Assembly (NCBI GenBank): GCA_964529785.1
Contig: CAZHAQ010000001.1
Coordinates: 37,502-101,501, forward strand
From: an uncultured Candidatus Saccharibacteria bacterium
Lineage (GTDB): Bacteria > Patescibacteriota > Saccharimonadia > Saccharimonadales > JACDBH01
DNA length: 64,000 nucleotides
Direction: 5' to 3'
Below are positions 9,960 to 19,242 of the stretch, piece by piece. The translations under genes were made by a program, and so were the position numbers. Within the stretch, counting starts at the first letter, position 1, and each line of letters begins with the position of its first letter. Under the pieces are notes generated by a model. The model did no database searches and was not told the DNA's origin. It saw nothing but the letters and a program-made list of their open reading frames with translations.

Positions 9960-9991
9960 ATTCAATCACTAGAGGGAAAATTAATAAACAA

Positions 9992-12091
9992 GTGAAAATA
10001 TTCAAAAAAATCTCTATAGGTGTAGTGGTATTGCTCACACCCGTTATTATTATCAGTAGTACATCACAGCCTGTGAGCGCCGCTACAATTTCGGTATCAT
10101 CCGGAAATGATGGTCTTGTTAATAATAGCCAGTGCCAGCTATCAGAAGCAATTATAAACATAAATGATCAGGCACAGACTCATAGCGACTGCCCTTCAGG
10201 CAGCGGTAATGATGTAATAAAACTGCCGGAAGGAACAATCACCCTGACTGCAGATCTTCCGGTTTTAACAAAAAAAGTAAAAGTTGAAGGCCAGGGCTCG
10301 CAAAAAACCTTGATTGATGGCGCTGGTCAGTATCGGGCATTTTTAGCAAATGGCGATAACGTACAAGTGGAGTTCAGCGGATTAAAATTCCGGGCTTATG
10401 CTGGCAGGGCAATTTTCGCTATGAAAGTAACTAAAGCTACTGTTCACGACGTGGAGATTGATGGCACGGATGCGGTACCTGCTGAAATAGTGCCTGATGA
10501 TCCAAACTCTATGATGCTTATAGGCTTTGGGGTCTATCAAAATGAAGTTGAAGAAGTAGATGTAAGTATTAATAAATTATACGTACATGACTTAGACAGT
10601 AGTGGCAGCAGTGCTTCATTTACAGCGGGTGTAATCTCTATCAGCGCCGAAGGTACAGCCCAAACGATAAATGCAAAAAATATTACCGTTTCTGGCGTAA
10701 GATCTTCTGATCCAGAGGGTCAGTTAATGGGTGTCTGGACTACAGCAGGCCTCGGAGGCGGCAAGCACGGTTCAATACAAGGGACGTACGAAAATATAAC
10801 GGTTGAAAATATATACTCTGAGCAAAGTCTAAATGTCGCAGGGTTTGGCTTATCAAGTGTTGCTGAGCAGGAAGACAAATTAAGCAGTTCGCTTACTCTG
10901 AAAAACGCAACTATAAGAAACTTAAAATCGGCTAACGATCCTTACGGTATAAGCGGTGGAATAGGCGTTGCAGGGGGAACTTTTGCACCAACTGACAATT
11001 ACACCATTAACCTTAATCTGCAGAACGTTATTATTGCTGACATTGAGGTGGGCGGTCAGCCTAAAGGTTGTGGTAAAAATGATATAAGTGCGCTATTGGG
11101 GGGCGGCGGTAGCGTTAATATTATTTCTGAAAGCTTTGGTGGCAACATTGCGGACACTGCTTCTTGTGAACAGTTCTTTAATAACTCTGCTGATATAAAT
11201 AATCGGTCTAACCTTAAAGATACTCTCGGTACTATATCCAGTAACGGCACCGAGTTGCCAACCTTACCATTGCTGCCAGGAAGTCCGGCAATAGACAGAG
11301 GCGTCTGTGAGGGCGCTCCAAATACGGATGCTCGAGGAGTTTCTCGTCCTCAAGGTAAATCTTGCGACTCTGGCGCTTACGAACTAGAGCAGGCTAAAAT
11401 GGCAGCAATTGAAGGCATACAGAACCCTAAGACTGGTAAGGTAGTGTTTATAGACTCGCCTGCAGAGGGATCAGTCGTTAAGCAGGCTACGCTGCTGGAG
11501 CAATCGTCAGCTCCAAGCGATAAAGGATATAATTATCCTCTTGGCCTTGCAAGCTTTATCGTAGAAGGCGTACAGCCTGGCAGTACACAGACAATGAATG
11601 TCTATTTTGAAACCGCTGACAAAGCTAGCAGTTTTGTAGCAAGAAAACTAAATGATATTACTGGAGAATATAAAGACCTGCCAGGGGCTGTATTGACCAA
11701 CGAAACGCGAAATGGCAAGCCAGTTGTAAAGTTGAGTTATCAAATTACCGATGGAGGAGAGCTTGATCTTGACGGTGCAGTCAATGGTACATTTACGGAT
11801 CCCGTAGGGATTGCCAAGCAAAGCTCACTAGTCAACACTGGCGTTAAGGCTGCTGTTGTTTCATCCCTTAGCTTTATAATTGTTCTAACTACAATAGCCG
11901 TATATTTAGACTATAGGCGACATAAGGCTCCGCTGCTAGCTCTAGATATTTCAAAGAATAAAGAGCTGGCAAAGCACTACACTTTCTGGCACCACATTAA
12001 GGTGGTTACACTGCCTGTTATGAGGTATAGAGTTACATTTATAGTTGAGAAAAAGCTTATCTCCCCCGTGGTCCATAAAAGCGAAAAGTAG
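9992..12091 (+). CDS. large secreted parallel beta-helix surface protein (CSLREA-type N-terminus, choice-of-anchor-like CxSGAYE motif) with a C-terminal TM anchor
   Basis: Signal peptide followed by the CSLREA-like motif NSQCQLSEAI. Gly/Asn-rich beta-helix repeats and the motif DARGVSRPQGKSCDSGAYE. C-terminal LVNTG (LPXTG-like), a TM helix and RRHK, then a roughly 55-aa tail. Confidence 0.5.
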   Translation: MKIFKKISIGVVVLLTPVIIISSTSQPVSAATISVSSGNDGLVNNSQCQLSEAIININDQAQTHSDCPSGSGNDVIKLPEGTITLTADLPVLTKKVKVEGQGSQKTLIDGAGQYRAFLANGDNVQVEFSGLKFRAYAGRAIFAMKVTKATVHDVEIDGTDAVPAEIVPDDPNSMMLIGFGVYQNEVEEVDVSINKLYVHDLDSSGSSASFTAGVISISAEGTAQTINAKNITVSGVRSSDPEGQLMGVWTTAGLGGGKHGSIQGTYENITVENIYSEQSLNVAGFGLSSVAEQEDKLSSSLTLKNATIRNLKSANDPYGISGGIGVAGGTFAPTDNYTINLNLQNVIIADIEVGGQPKGCGKNDISALLGGGGSVNIISESFGGNIADTASCEQFFNNSADINNRSNLKDTLGTISSNGTELPTLPLLPGSPAIDRGVCEGAPNTDARGVSRPQGKSCDSGAYELEQAKMAAIEGIQNPKTGKVVFIDSPAEGSVVKQATLLEQSSAPSDKGYNYPLGLASFIVEGVQPGSTQTMNVYFETADKASSFVARKLNDITGEYKDLPGAVLTNETRNGKPVVKLSYQITDGGELDLDGAVNGTFTDPVGIAKQSSLVNTGVKAAVVSSLSFIIVLTTIAVYLDYRRHKAPLLALDISKNKELAKHYTFWHHIKVVTLPVMRYRVTFIVEKKLISPVVHKSEK

Positions 12092-12151
12092 CTTTTGCTT
12101 AATTGAAAAGCTTATGATATAATGTTGTATACTCCATTAAGGAGTTTACAT

Positions 12152-12555
12152 GGGGCTGTATAGCTCGACATTTGGACTTTTACAAGTTGGTGCCAGCAGG
12201 CCGGAATATCTGAACGTTATCCGGATGACTCAAATAGATGCAGAATCTCTGAAATCTATTGCAAAACAAGTTGCAAGCGCTTTCCGCGCACCACAGCTTG
12301 CTTTTGCAACAGCTGCCTAATTATTAGGTCAGCGACTGATAGCTCGATGTCAGATAGAGCGAACCAGTCTTATATACTTCTGACTGCTTAAGCATTATGA
12401 TCCGTAGTGCTTATTAAGACTTTAGGATTGCAGCGCATGAAGTTTTTGCTTATCTACATCTTCATGAACTTAAGAAACAATTTTAAATAAGCTAAGCCTG
12501 TAGAAAGCCAGCAAGTAACCGAATGGACGCGGGATCGTACCCGCCAGCTCCACCA
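12152..12555 (+). ncRNA. ssrA: tmRNA (SsrA), with tag ORF ending ...PQLAFATAA-stop at 12318-12320
   Basis: 5' GGGGCUG pairs with 3' CAGCUCC-ACCA, including the G3:U wobble of alanine-identity tRNA-like domains. The 3' T-arm is GGACGCGGGAUCGUACCCGCC. The internal ORF GCA AAA CAA ... GCA ACA GCT GCC TAA encodes AKQVASAFRAPQLAFATAA. Length about 404 nt. Confidence 0.85.
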
Positions 12556-12631
12556 AATGAGCATTATCTCTTTGAGATAGTGCTTTTTTGTTTGCTTAAA
12601 AATGGCAACCCTGATTATTAGGATTTATATT

Positions 12632-13516
12632 TTAATAATTAAATTCTTCTTGATAAGGATACTTTTCTAAAAAATCTTCCAGTAAGTCAGGATTAGATTT
12701 TACTTCATTAGCTTCATCATGGCTTTCTAGAATTAACTCAATAAGTTCTCGGGGGTTTGTAGCATTTAAAATACTTTTACCTATGTAGACTGCTTGTGCT
12801 CCCCTCAGATAAGTTCTAGCAATACGACTTAATAATCTCTGACTATCGGACTCTTTAACCCCATGGCCTAAACGAGATGCCAGTATTGTAGGCATAGGGA
12901 TACCTTCTTCCCCGGCTTGTCTGACTTTTTTAAGATAAAGGTCTGAAAGCAAAGTATCTGCATGTAGCTCAAATGCATCAAAAGGCATTCTAATACTGCT
13001 CAGGCATGAACTGGCTTCTTCCTCATGTAGTAAATCTTCCGTAGGCGCAAGTCTAGTCTGATCTATTCTACTAAAAACTTGAACTGGTCTTTCTTGAGAG
13101 TGGGCAACATCAAAAATGCCTTCTTTGGTAGCTTGTCTTTGCCCTCTAATAGTCTCCTTGGCTGGACTTAAGGTAATAGCATGAGGCAGGAGCAGTCTAC
13201 CTGCATTATCATAGACTGAAAGTAGGCTTCTTGTGGCAGTAGACATTTCTTCTACGCCGTCATGTAGCTGGCTATCTAGTACGACAAATCTGCCGGACTC
13301 ATAAGCGTAAGTTCTAATCTTTAAGTCTTGATCGTGCCATCTGGGTATTTTTACTCCAACTCTGCTGCTAATATCCTCGGGTAAGCTGTCTAGCTTATTG
13401 AACATAAATTCAAAAGACCGAGCCGAATCAACTAAATCCAGAGCCACAATTAAAGGTGGAACTGGTAGTAAAGCATCAGTTGCTTCTGGGTTAGATTCTA
13501 TAACAGACATATACAC
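12632..13516 (-). CDS. divergent OMP-decarboxylase/KGPDC-like TIM-barrel family protein
   Basis: N-terminal PLIVALD motif and a C-terminal GAQAVYIGKSI-type phosphate-binding segment typical of the OMPdecase superfamily. The core catalytic DxKxxD motif is not clearly conserved. Confidence 0.35.
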   Translation of the reverse strand: MYMSVIESNPEATDALLPVPPLIVALDLVDSARSFEFMFNKLDSLPEDISSRVGVKIPRWHDQDLKIRTYAYESGRFVVLDSQLHDGVEEMSTATRSLLSVYDNAGRLLLPHAITLSPAKETIRGQRQATKEGIFDVAHSQERPVQVFSRIDQTRLAPTEDLLHEEEASSCLSSIRMPFDAFELHADTLLSDLYLKKVRQAGEEGIPMPTILASRLGHGVKESDSQRLLSRIARTYLRGAQAVYIGKSILNATNPRELIELILESHDEANEVKSNPDLLEDFLEKYPYQEEFNY

Positions 13517-13598
13517 TCTATCGTATAAAATTTATGTTCTATAACCAAGTGAAATTTATAAAATATCATTTATTTGACAAAGAGCGTACAATAATAGT

Positions 13599-13790
13599 GT
13601 GAAAGAATACAATTTAGATGAGCCTGAATTTGAAGAAATTCTTCCTTGCTCCGACAAACTGGCATTTGATACTAAGAAAGCTGCTCAGGCTACTGCGACA
13701 ACCTCAGCTTATCAGAACGGCGGCAGCGTTAAGCCCTATAAGTGCCAGTATTGCCATTTATGGCATCTGGCTACTGATTATGAGCAGTAG
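13599..13790 (+). CDS. small Cys-containing hypothetical protein (possible zinc ribbon)
   Basis: 63 aa, PCSDK...KCQYCHLWHL. AT-rich divergent promoter region upstream. Weak support. Confidence 0.2.
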   Translation: MKEYNLDEPEFEEILPCSDKLAFDTKKAAQATATTSAYQNGGSVKPYKCQYCHLWHLATDYEQ

Positions 13791-13808
13791 GTATCCAAAG
13801 GGGTGCGC

Positions 13809-14006
13809 TTAAGAAGCTTTATGTTTTTTTCTAATTTTTAAAATAATAAATGTTATAAAAGCTAACACGGCTCCTGCAATTAAGATGACTTCAGCTAGCG
13901 GTAGAGATGTATCCTGGCTGTTCATAAACATCTCAAGTTCTTGAGGCTCAACAGGTTTTACAACCTGGGAAAAGTTGGTTAAGGCTAGATGTGATGCATA
14001 ATTCAT
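13809..14006 (-). CDS. small single-TM hypothetical protein
   Basis: 65 aa. C-terminal hydrophobic helix followed by KIRKKHKAS. Confidence 0.25.
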   Translation of the reverse strand: MNYASHLALTNFSQVVKPVEPQELEMFMNSQDTSLPLAEVILIAGAVLAFITFIILKIRKKHKAS

Positions 14007-14084
14007 TTTTTCTACCTAACTGATTCTTGAAGTTATTATCATAAGCTGTTCAAAACTTGTCAAGCCTATGATAAAGTTCTACTA

Positions 14085-15344
14085 ATGGTTATATCAAAAA
14101 TTAAAAGCTCTCTCATTAGGCATCGTACAGGAATTAATCAAAAGTCTTTGATTAAGGCTTTGGATTTTATTGATTCGCATTGGGATAACTTGTACCGGCA
14201 TCACAATGAAGATAACGGCACCCTGGTTGGGTTGCCATACCCTTATGTTGTGCCCGCGTCCGATCCTAAGGCCGCATTCGCATTTGAGGAGCAATACTAC
14301 TGGGACAGTTATTTTACCGCTCTCGGACTAACTGATTCCAAGCATCATATACTTGTTGAAGGCATGCTGGAGAATCTGCTGTTTATGTTTAGGCGCTTTG
14401 GCCTAGTGCCTAATGCTTCAAGGATGTATTTTACAGGTCGTTCTCAGCCGCCAGTTTTAACAAGTTTTATACTTCATGTACGTGATACTTACGACAAGTC
14501 AAATGACTGGCTTGAGCAAAAAATGGCAATTGCCCAGCAAGAGTATTCTACGGTTTGGATGAGTACTGCTCACCCAAAGTGGCATAATGTACACAGAGGC
14601 TTAAGTCGCTACTATGACATAAACGTACTTCATGACCTTGCAGAAGCCGAAAGCGGCTGGGACATGACGCCCCGTTTTGAGCGTAAATGCCTAGACTATC
14701 TGCCGGTAGATCTTAATGCTCTGCTTTTTAAGTACGAAATGGATTTTGCCAGAACAGAGGAAATTCTTGGCAATGAAAAAGCTGCTCGAAAATGGAAAAG
14801 ACAGGCCGAAAAGCGCAAGACCACAATGGATGAGCTTATGTGGGGCAAGATTAGAGGTTTTTATTTTGACTATAATTTTCAGAGGGAGGCGCTTGGAGAC
14901 GTTTGGTCGCTTGCAGGTTATTATCCTATGTGGGCAGGCATGGTTACTCCTAAGCAGGCGAAAGGTCTTGTAGACAACTTATACCGGTTTGAAAAGAAAT
15001 CTGGCCTAACTACTACAATGAGACCACTGCTTGATACTACCGTGCTTTTTGGCTCTCTAAAGGCACAGTGGGCTCATCCTAATGGCTGGGCTCCTCTTCA
15101 TTATTTCGTGGTAGAAGGACTTCGGCGCTACGGCTATGAAGAAGAAGCCAAACGCATCGCGACTGCCTGGGTAAAGACTAATTTAGACTGGTTTGATATC
15201 CATGGCGAATTCTTAGAAAAATATAATGTAGTTAATCCTAAGAAAAAACCGCTGGAGGGAGTTTATCCGTCCCAGACTGGATTTGGCTGGACTAATTCTA
15301 TTTTTATAAAGTTTGTTAAGGACTTTAATTTAAAAGAAGAGTAG
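14085..15344 (+). CDS. treA: trehalase (glycoside hydrolase family 37)
   Basis: GH37 signatures YYWDSYF and QWAHPNGWAPLHYFVVEGL (cf. trehalase signature 2, QWDxPNGWAP). Confidence 0.8.
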   Translation: MVISKIKSSLIRHRTGINQKSLIKALDFIDSHWDNLYRHHNEDNGTLVGLPYPYVVPASDPKAAFAFEEQYYWDSYFTALGLTDSKHHILVEGMLENLLFMFRRFGLVPNASRMYFTGRSQPPVLTSFILHVRDTYDKSNDWLEQKMAIAQQEYSTVWMSTAHPKWHNVHRGLSRYYDINVLHDLAEAESGWDMTPRFERKCLDYLPVDLNALLFKYEMDFARTEEILGNEKAARKWKRQAEKRKTTMDELMWGKIRGFYFDYNFQREALGDVWSLAGYYPMWAGMVTPKQAKGLVDNLYRFEKKSGLTTTMRPLLDTTVLFGSLKAQWAHPNGWAPLHYFVVEGLRRYGYEEEAKRIATAWVKTNLDWFDIHGEFLEKYNVVNPKKKPLEGVYPSQTGFGWTNSIFIKFVKDFNLKEE

Positions 15345-15375
15345 ACTGGTAAGTACATTAAGCGGAGATAGTCAG

Positions 15376-15693
15376 GTGCCATCAAAATACGACAGTATGT
15401 CACTCGCAGATTACCAGGAGATGTTTAAGGCAATTTTAGCTGCACGTGGCTTTGATAAAGAAACGATACCGGAAAAGTTTATGCTGCTTCTAGAAGAGGC
15501 GGGTGAATTTGCTAAATCAGCACGTAAGGTTAGCGGTGTTAAGGTTGCTAGTGATCCTAAAATTCAAAATATGAATGATGAAGCGGCTGACGTGTTTATC
15601 CTTTTAATTGATCTTTGCAACAGTCTTAATATTGATCTTGCTCAAGCTGTCGCGGATAAAGAAGCTGAAAATTCTAATCGTGAATGGCAGTAA
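15376..15693 (+). CDS. MazG-like nucleotide pyrophosphohydrolase (small single-domain form)
   Basis: EEAGEFAKSARK and EAADVFILLIDL helix pair typical of the MazG/YpjD family. 105 aa. Confidence 0.55.
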   Translation: MPSKYDSMSLADYQEMFKAILAARGFDKETIPEKFMLLLEEAGEFAKSARKVSGVKVASDPKIQNMNDEAADVFILLIDLCNSLNIDLAQAVADKEAENSNREWQ

Positions 15694-15861
15694 AGTTAGC
15701 CCGACTCTTTATACCAGGGTGTAATATGCTGATAAAAGGTGATAAGATACAGCTATGATTATCGTTTGTCTATATAACTCAAATACGATGATGCCCTAGC
15801 GGGCTGCTTAATTATTTCTTTTTTTCAAAAACTCTTATAATCAATTAAATCAAGAAAAGAT

Positions 15862-17316
15862 ATGTCTAATAACTTTCTAATCACTACATCCATTCCTTAT
15901 ATAAATGGCGAACCTCATCTTGGTCATGCTATGGAATTTCTAGCTGCCGACGTGCTTGCGCGTTATGCAAGGTCTCAAAAGATGTCAGCTATATTTACTA
16001 CTGGCACTGATGAACATGGCAGCAAGGTAGCGGAGGCTGCCACGAAAAACAATATTACGCCAAAACAGCTGGCAGATATAAATGCCGAAAAGTTCAAGGA
16101 ACTATTAAGGCAGCTTAATATTAGCAACGACAGGTTTATTAGAACTACTGATAAAGGCCATGAGCAGCGAGCTCAGGTTATATGGAAAAATCTATCAGCT
16201 GATATTTACAAAGGTAAATATATTGGTTGGTATGATGTAAGGCAGGAAGAATTTGTGCCAGAAAGCCAAATTGATCCGGAGAGAACTAAGCCAGATCATC
16301 CTAAAGCTTATCAGCGAGTTGAAGAAGAGAATTATTTTTTTAGGTTAAGCAAATACACTAACCAGATTAAAGAAGCTATAGAAACAAATCAATTTAGAAT
16401 AATGCCAGAAACCAGGCGCAACGAGATACTTAGTCTGCTTAAAGAGGGCCTGGAAGATATTAGTATATCAAGACCTAAGGAAAAAATATCTTGGGGTGTG
16501 CCGGTACCTGGAGACACAAAGCAGGTTATGTATGTCTGGTTTGAAGCATTGATGAACTATATAACAGTGCTTGGATATCCAGAGCATAAAGATTTTAAAG
16601 ATTTTTGGCCAGCTAACTACCAAATTATTGGTAAGGATATATTAAGGTTTCATGCAGCAGTTTGGCCTGGAATGCTGATTGCTTTAGGCTTGAAGCTGCC
16701 TGCCAACTTGTACGTTCATGGTTTTGTTAATATTAATGGCTCTAAGATGAGTAAGAGCGATGGTAATGTGGTGGCGCCAAGTGAAATTATAGAAAAATAC
16801 GGTGTTGATGCATTTAGATATTATTTCTTGCGTAAAATACCTAGCTACAATGACGGCGATTTTTCTTGGGAGCTATTTGACCGCGCTTATCACAACGAAC
16901 TTGCCAACGAATTAGGCAATGCTGTACAACGAACTGTTGCTATGATTGAAAAGTATCAGCAGGGATTAATTGGGGATATGCCGCCAGCATCACATGACGC
17001 TGCGCCGTATCACGAGGCAGTTCAAACTTGCCGATTTGATAGGGCCATGGATGAAATTTGGGACCAGGTTAGAAGCTTAAACCAGTACATAGACGAGCAA
17101 AAGCCGTGGGTGATTGCCAAAGGCGGCGATGCTGAACACCTTAGAGAAGTGCTGGCTTATATGACTAGCTGTCTGCTAGAGATTGCCGGGCTGCTTGCTC
17201 CATTTCTTCCAGACACGGCTCAGTCTATTAACAATATTTTTTCCGAAGGTATTCTTAGAAAGCCAAGAACAGTTCTATTTCCACGCATAGAAAATATAGA
17301 AAATCCAGTCTCTTAA
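15862..17316 (+). CDS. metG: methionyl-tRNA synthetase (short form)
   Basis: HIGH-type motif PYINGEPHLGHA and a KMSKS motif. 484 aa. Confidence 0.9.
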   Translation: MSNNFLITTSIPYINGEPHLGHAMEFLAADVLARYARSQKMSAIFTTGTDEHGSKVAEAATKNNITPKQLADINAEKFKELLRQLNISNDRFIRTTDKGHEQRAQVIWKNLSADIYKGKYIGWYDVRQEEFVPESQIDPERTKPDHPKAYQRVEEENYFFRLSKYTNQIKEAIETNQFRIMPETRRNEILSLLKEGLEDISISRPKEKISWGVPVPGDTKQVMYVWFEALMNYITVLGYPEHKDFKDFWPANYQIIGKDILRFHAAVWPGMLIALGLKLPANLYVHGFVNINGSKMSKSDGNVVAPSEIIEKYGVDAFRYYFLRKIPSYNDGDFSWELFDRAYHNELANELGNAVQRTVAMIEKYQQGLIGDMPPASHDAAPYHEAVQTCRFDRAMDEIWDQVRSLNQYIDEQKPWVIAKGGDAEHLREVLAYMTSCLLEIAGLLAPFLPDTAQSINNIFSEGILRKPRTVLFPRIENIENPVS

Positions 17317-17430
17317 CTATATAGAATCGCCAATCAGATATGCAGCTGTAGCCGCTGAAGCTACTTGGTGTATTCTTACATATGGTACGGGCGTCGGCTC
17401 TATGCTTCTAGTTAGCCAATAGCCGATATA

Positions 17431-17683
17431 AAGTGCAGCATGGAAAGGCGGTCAGGAGCTTAGAGAAAGCTTAGATATGCTAATTGTGCCTAGACCGGGA
17501 GAGGAGCTGCCGGATGAGGCCAGAAATATTAGGCATTTACTGCTTCCTGGTTTAGTTGAACTAAACGTCTCATCTTCTGCCGTCCGCGAGATAGTCAGAA
17601 ATGAACAAGATCTTAGCGGATTTGTTAGCCAGGCAATATCTACCTATATTAGGAAGAATCGTTGCTATGTCGCGGTACAATAA
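17431..17683 (+). pseudogene. nadD: nadD (nicotinate-nucleotide adenylyltransferase) C-terminal remnant
   Basis: W-KGGQELRESLDMLIVPRPGEEL...LNVSSSAVREIVRNEQDLSGFVSQAISTYIRKNRCY aligns with the last third of NadD (VKRPGF...EVSST-IRE...YI...GLY). An in-frame TAA lies just upstream at about 17428 and no N-terminal two-thirds (GGTFDP/HxGH) is present. Confidence 0.5.
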
Positions 17684-17688
17684 TATGT

Positions 17689-18456
17689 ATGGAGTTAGTA
17701 GACACACACTGTCATATACAGTTTAATGATTATCCGCTGGAAGTGGATGAAGTTTTAACCTCGGCAAAACAGGCTGGAGTAACCAAGCTGATTGCAGTCG
17801 GATGTAGATTATCAGATAGCAGACAGGCAGTAGAAATGGCTACTCGCTCTGACAGTATCTGGGCAAGCATAGGCCTGCACCCGCACGAAGCGTCAAGATA
17901 TGTTCATGACCATCATGCTTTACAGCAATTTCATGATTTGGCCAGCCATAAGAAGGTAGTCGCTATAGGTGAAGCTGGGCTTGATTATTACTACGAGAAT
18001 TCTCCGCGCGAAGACCAGAAAAAACTACTTAAATTTCAGCTTGATATAGCAGTAGAACATAATCTGCCATTAATTTTTCATGTGCGAGATGCATTTTCGG
18101 ATTTCTGGACAGTTTTGGACGAGTATACCGGCATAAAAGGAGTGGTCCATAGCTTTAGCTCGGATAAAAAAGATTTAGAAGATATTCTATTAAGAGGGCT
18201 ATATGTTGGCTTAAACGGTATCATGACCTTTTCCAAGCGCCAGGATCAACTAGAGGCAGCAAAGGCTGTACCATTAGATAAATTACTCCTTGAAACAGAC
18301 GCCCCTTTCTTGACTCCTGTGCCTTTTCGTGGTAAAATCGGAGAGCCAAAATATGTGCGTACGGTAGCGGAGTTTTTAGCTGAACTCAGGGAGGAGAAGC
18401 TAGATAAGCTAGCTGCTGCTACAACGCTTAATGCACAGAAGCTGTTTAAATTATGA
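17689..18456 (+). CDS. tatD: TatD-family metal-dependent hydrolase/DNase
   Basis: MELVDTHCHI N-terminus and GLHPHEA and HVRDA motifs. An upstream ATG at 17662 is also in frame, but the second ATG matches the family N-terminus. Confidence 0.85.
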   Translation: MELVDTHCHIQFNDYPLEVDEVLTSAKQAGVTKLIAVGCRLSDSRQAVEMATRSDSIWASIGLHPHEASRYVHDHHALQQFHDLASHKKVVAIGEAGLDYYYENSPREDQKKLLKFQLDIAVEHNLPLIFHVRDAFSDFWTVLDEYTGIKGVVHSFSSDKKDLEDILLRGLYVGLNGIMTFSKRQDQLEAAKAVPLDKLLLETDAPFLTPVPFRGKIGEPKYVRTVAEFLAELREEKLDKLAAATTLNAQKLFKL

Positions 18457-18848
18457 TTAGATATCCAAATACAGACCAAAACCCTGAGCAGTCTCGTGAT
18501 GTGCCGCCTTCTGTGCGGTCTAGACTTAATGTTACCTCAGCATCAGAGCTATTTATAAATGCAGCTACAGATGCTGCCTATAGGGAGCATCTACTTAAAG
18601 AATCTGCAAGACAGAATAATTTGGAGACAAAAGTGCCTAGTCTTGCCATGAATAGAATGGTAGATTATGTGCCACCTAAGCCCGAACTTCAGACAAGTGA
18701 TAAGCCGGCTGTTGATTATGTATCCGAATCTGCTGACGACTCCTCAGTTCCAGCTTTAACGGGTCAGGTAATGAGCGATTGGGACCTTGAAAGAAAAGCT
18801 ATGATGGAGAAGGCAAGACAGGAAATGCAAAATGGCTTCAATAATTAA
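18453..18848 (+). CDS. hypothetical protein
   Basis: 131 aa. Start overlaps the tatD stop by 4 nt. No recognisable motif. Confidence 0.3.
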   Translation: MIRYPNTDQNPEQSRDVPPSVRSRLNVTSASELFINAATDAAYREHLLKESARQNNLETKVPSLAMNRMVDYVPPKPELQTSDKPAVDYVSESADDSSVPALTGQVMSDWDLERKAMMEKARQEMQNGFNN

Positions 18849-19212
18849 GAAAATTATTTCTGGGAGCATAGCCCATCGCCAAGAAGAGCGGGAGGCTGAA
18901 CTCTACAGGGCGTTGATTAGGCGTGAAGCTAAAATAGGCGGTCAGTTGTTTGGGCCCGTCCCCGAAGGCTGCCGACGTGAATTTTTCTGCCTAGACGAGC
19001 GTACATGGGTGTGGCATGAAGAATGGACGGACTCAGAAGGCAAGCGGCAAGTGCGCACAACCAGGTATGATGTTCGTCCCTCTGGCATATTGAAAGCTCA
19101 GGATGGACAAAATTACCAGCCAGTTACAAGCAGTGAGGCTTTAAGGCTGAGAAGTGCAGTCCACTCTTATAATAAGCGTATCCGTAGCGATCTTTATGCT
19201 GCCTATCTTTAG
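18832..19212 (+). CDS. hypothetical protein
   Basis: 126 aa. Overlaps the upstream ORF. No recognisable motif. Confidence 0.3.
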   Translation: MASIIKKIISGSIAHRQEEREAELYRALIRREAKIGGQLFGPVPEGCRREFFCLDERTWVWHEEWTDSEGKRQVRTTRYDVRPSGILKAQDGQNYQPVTSSEALRLRSAVHSYNKRIRSDLYAAYL

Positions 19213-19242
19213 GCTTTATACTTATTAAAATAATAACGCAAT

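Noticed and set aside
13618-13812. 64-aa ORF overlapping the 13599 ORF in another frame.
   Set aside because: It has a Leu/Arg-rich low-complexity translation and is a frame-shifted shadow of 13599-13790. Neither is strongly supported.
15694-15861. Possible T-box or attenuator leader upstream of metG, and a weak hairpin plus T-run at 15793-15825.
   Set aside because: No T-box consensus (AATTAGGGTGGNACCGCG-like) or specifier/antiterminator architecture was found. The hairpin stem is only 4 bp.
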